Below are positions 63,793 to 64,000 of a DNA stretch of 64,000 nucleotides, in pieces. A program made the translations under genes and the position numbers. The DNA is from Candidatus Iainarchaeum sp. (GTDB lineage: Archaea; Iainarchaeota; Iainarchaeia; Iainarchaeales; VGJJ01): contig VGJJ01000001.1 in assembly GCA_016867455.1 (NCBI GenBank), forward strand, positions 3,337 through 67,336, given 5' to 3'. The notes beneath the pieces were generated by a model, which worked only from the letters and a program-made list of their open reading frames with translations, made no database searches and was not told the DNA's origin. Position 1 is the stretch's first letter, and every line of letters begins with the position of its first letter.

Positions 63793-64000
63793 GATGCCAA
63801 CCCCAAATAGGAAATCGCACTGGTGCTTGTCACATAATTAATCCAAAAAACAGCAAGGGTAATGGCAATAACCACTAGCTGCATTCCTAGAATAATGAGA
63901 ACCACTTGTTTTTCCGTAAAATTTCCCATCCGCATTACTACGTGGGTTAGGCTTCCTATTTTTTCTGGTGCACGCAGTGTTCCATCCGGCTGTATTTTTC
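63789..64000 (-). CDS. C-terminal fragment of UDP-GlcNAc:polyprenyl-P GlcNAc-1-P transferase (AglH/Alg7/MraY-like)
   Basis: Manual translation KIQPDGTLRAPEKIGSLTHVVMRMGNFTEKQVVLIILG...; stop overlaps the Alg14-like start (ATGA); runs off the window. Confidence 0.7.
   Translation of the reverse strand, partial: KIQPDGTLRAPEKIGSLTHVVMRMGNFTEKQVVLIILGMQLVVIAITLAVFWINYVTSTSAISYLGLAS

Overview
Archaeal chromosome segment, most likely from a DPANN-type lineage. Evidence: eL42/L44e, archaeal-type RecJ/DHH protein, geranylgeranyl-reductase homolog, AglH-like GPT, A1:U72 tRNA-Gln, tRNAs without encoded CCA, and TATA-like boxes. The exact taxon cannot be fixed from sequence alone. The left half (1-32 kb) is core and surface genes: sulfatase, bacterial-type MEP genes dxr/ispH/ispE, RecJ-like protein, Smc, L44e, HerA-like ATPase, three tRNAs, ferredoxin, pyrG, GGR, a large Ig/FnIII surface protein and htpX. 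The right half (32-64 kb) is a surface-glycosylation island with about 10 GT2/GT4 enzymes, 3 GT-C-like membrane proteins, flippases, sugar-nucleotide enzymes, methyltransferases, 3 cobalamin-binding radical SAM enzymes and 1 SPASM/twitch radical SAM enzyme. Main observations: (1) a family of tiny non-coding multi-hairpin cassettes (core TTTTGATC followed by a covarying T/A-tract hairpin) sits behind the 3' ends of four different genes (L44e, tRNA-Ser, tRNA-Ala, ferredoxin). Each is followed by a duplicate of that gene's last 12-33 nt, forming small tandem arrays, and related cassettes lie upstream of three of these genes. (2) An Smc with canonical condensin heads has no recognisable hinge and instead carries a Rad50-type CPIC zinc hook at its centre. 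(3) MEP-pathway genes occur in an archaeon. All calls are by-eye motif recognition; no database searches were run.
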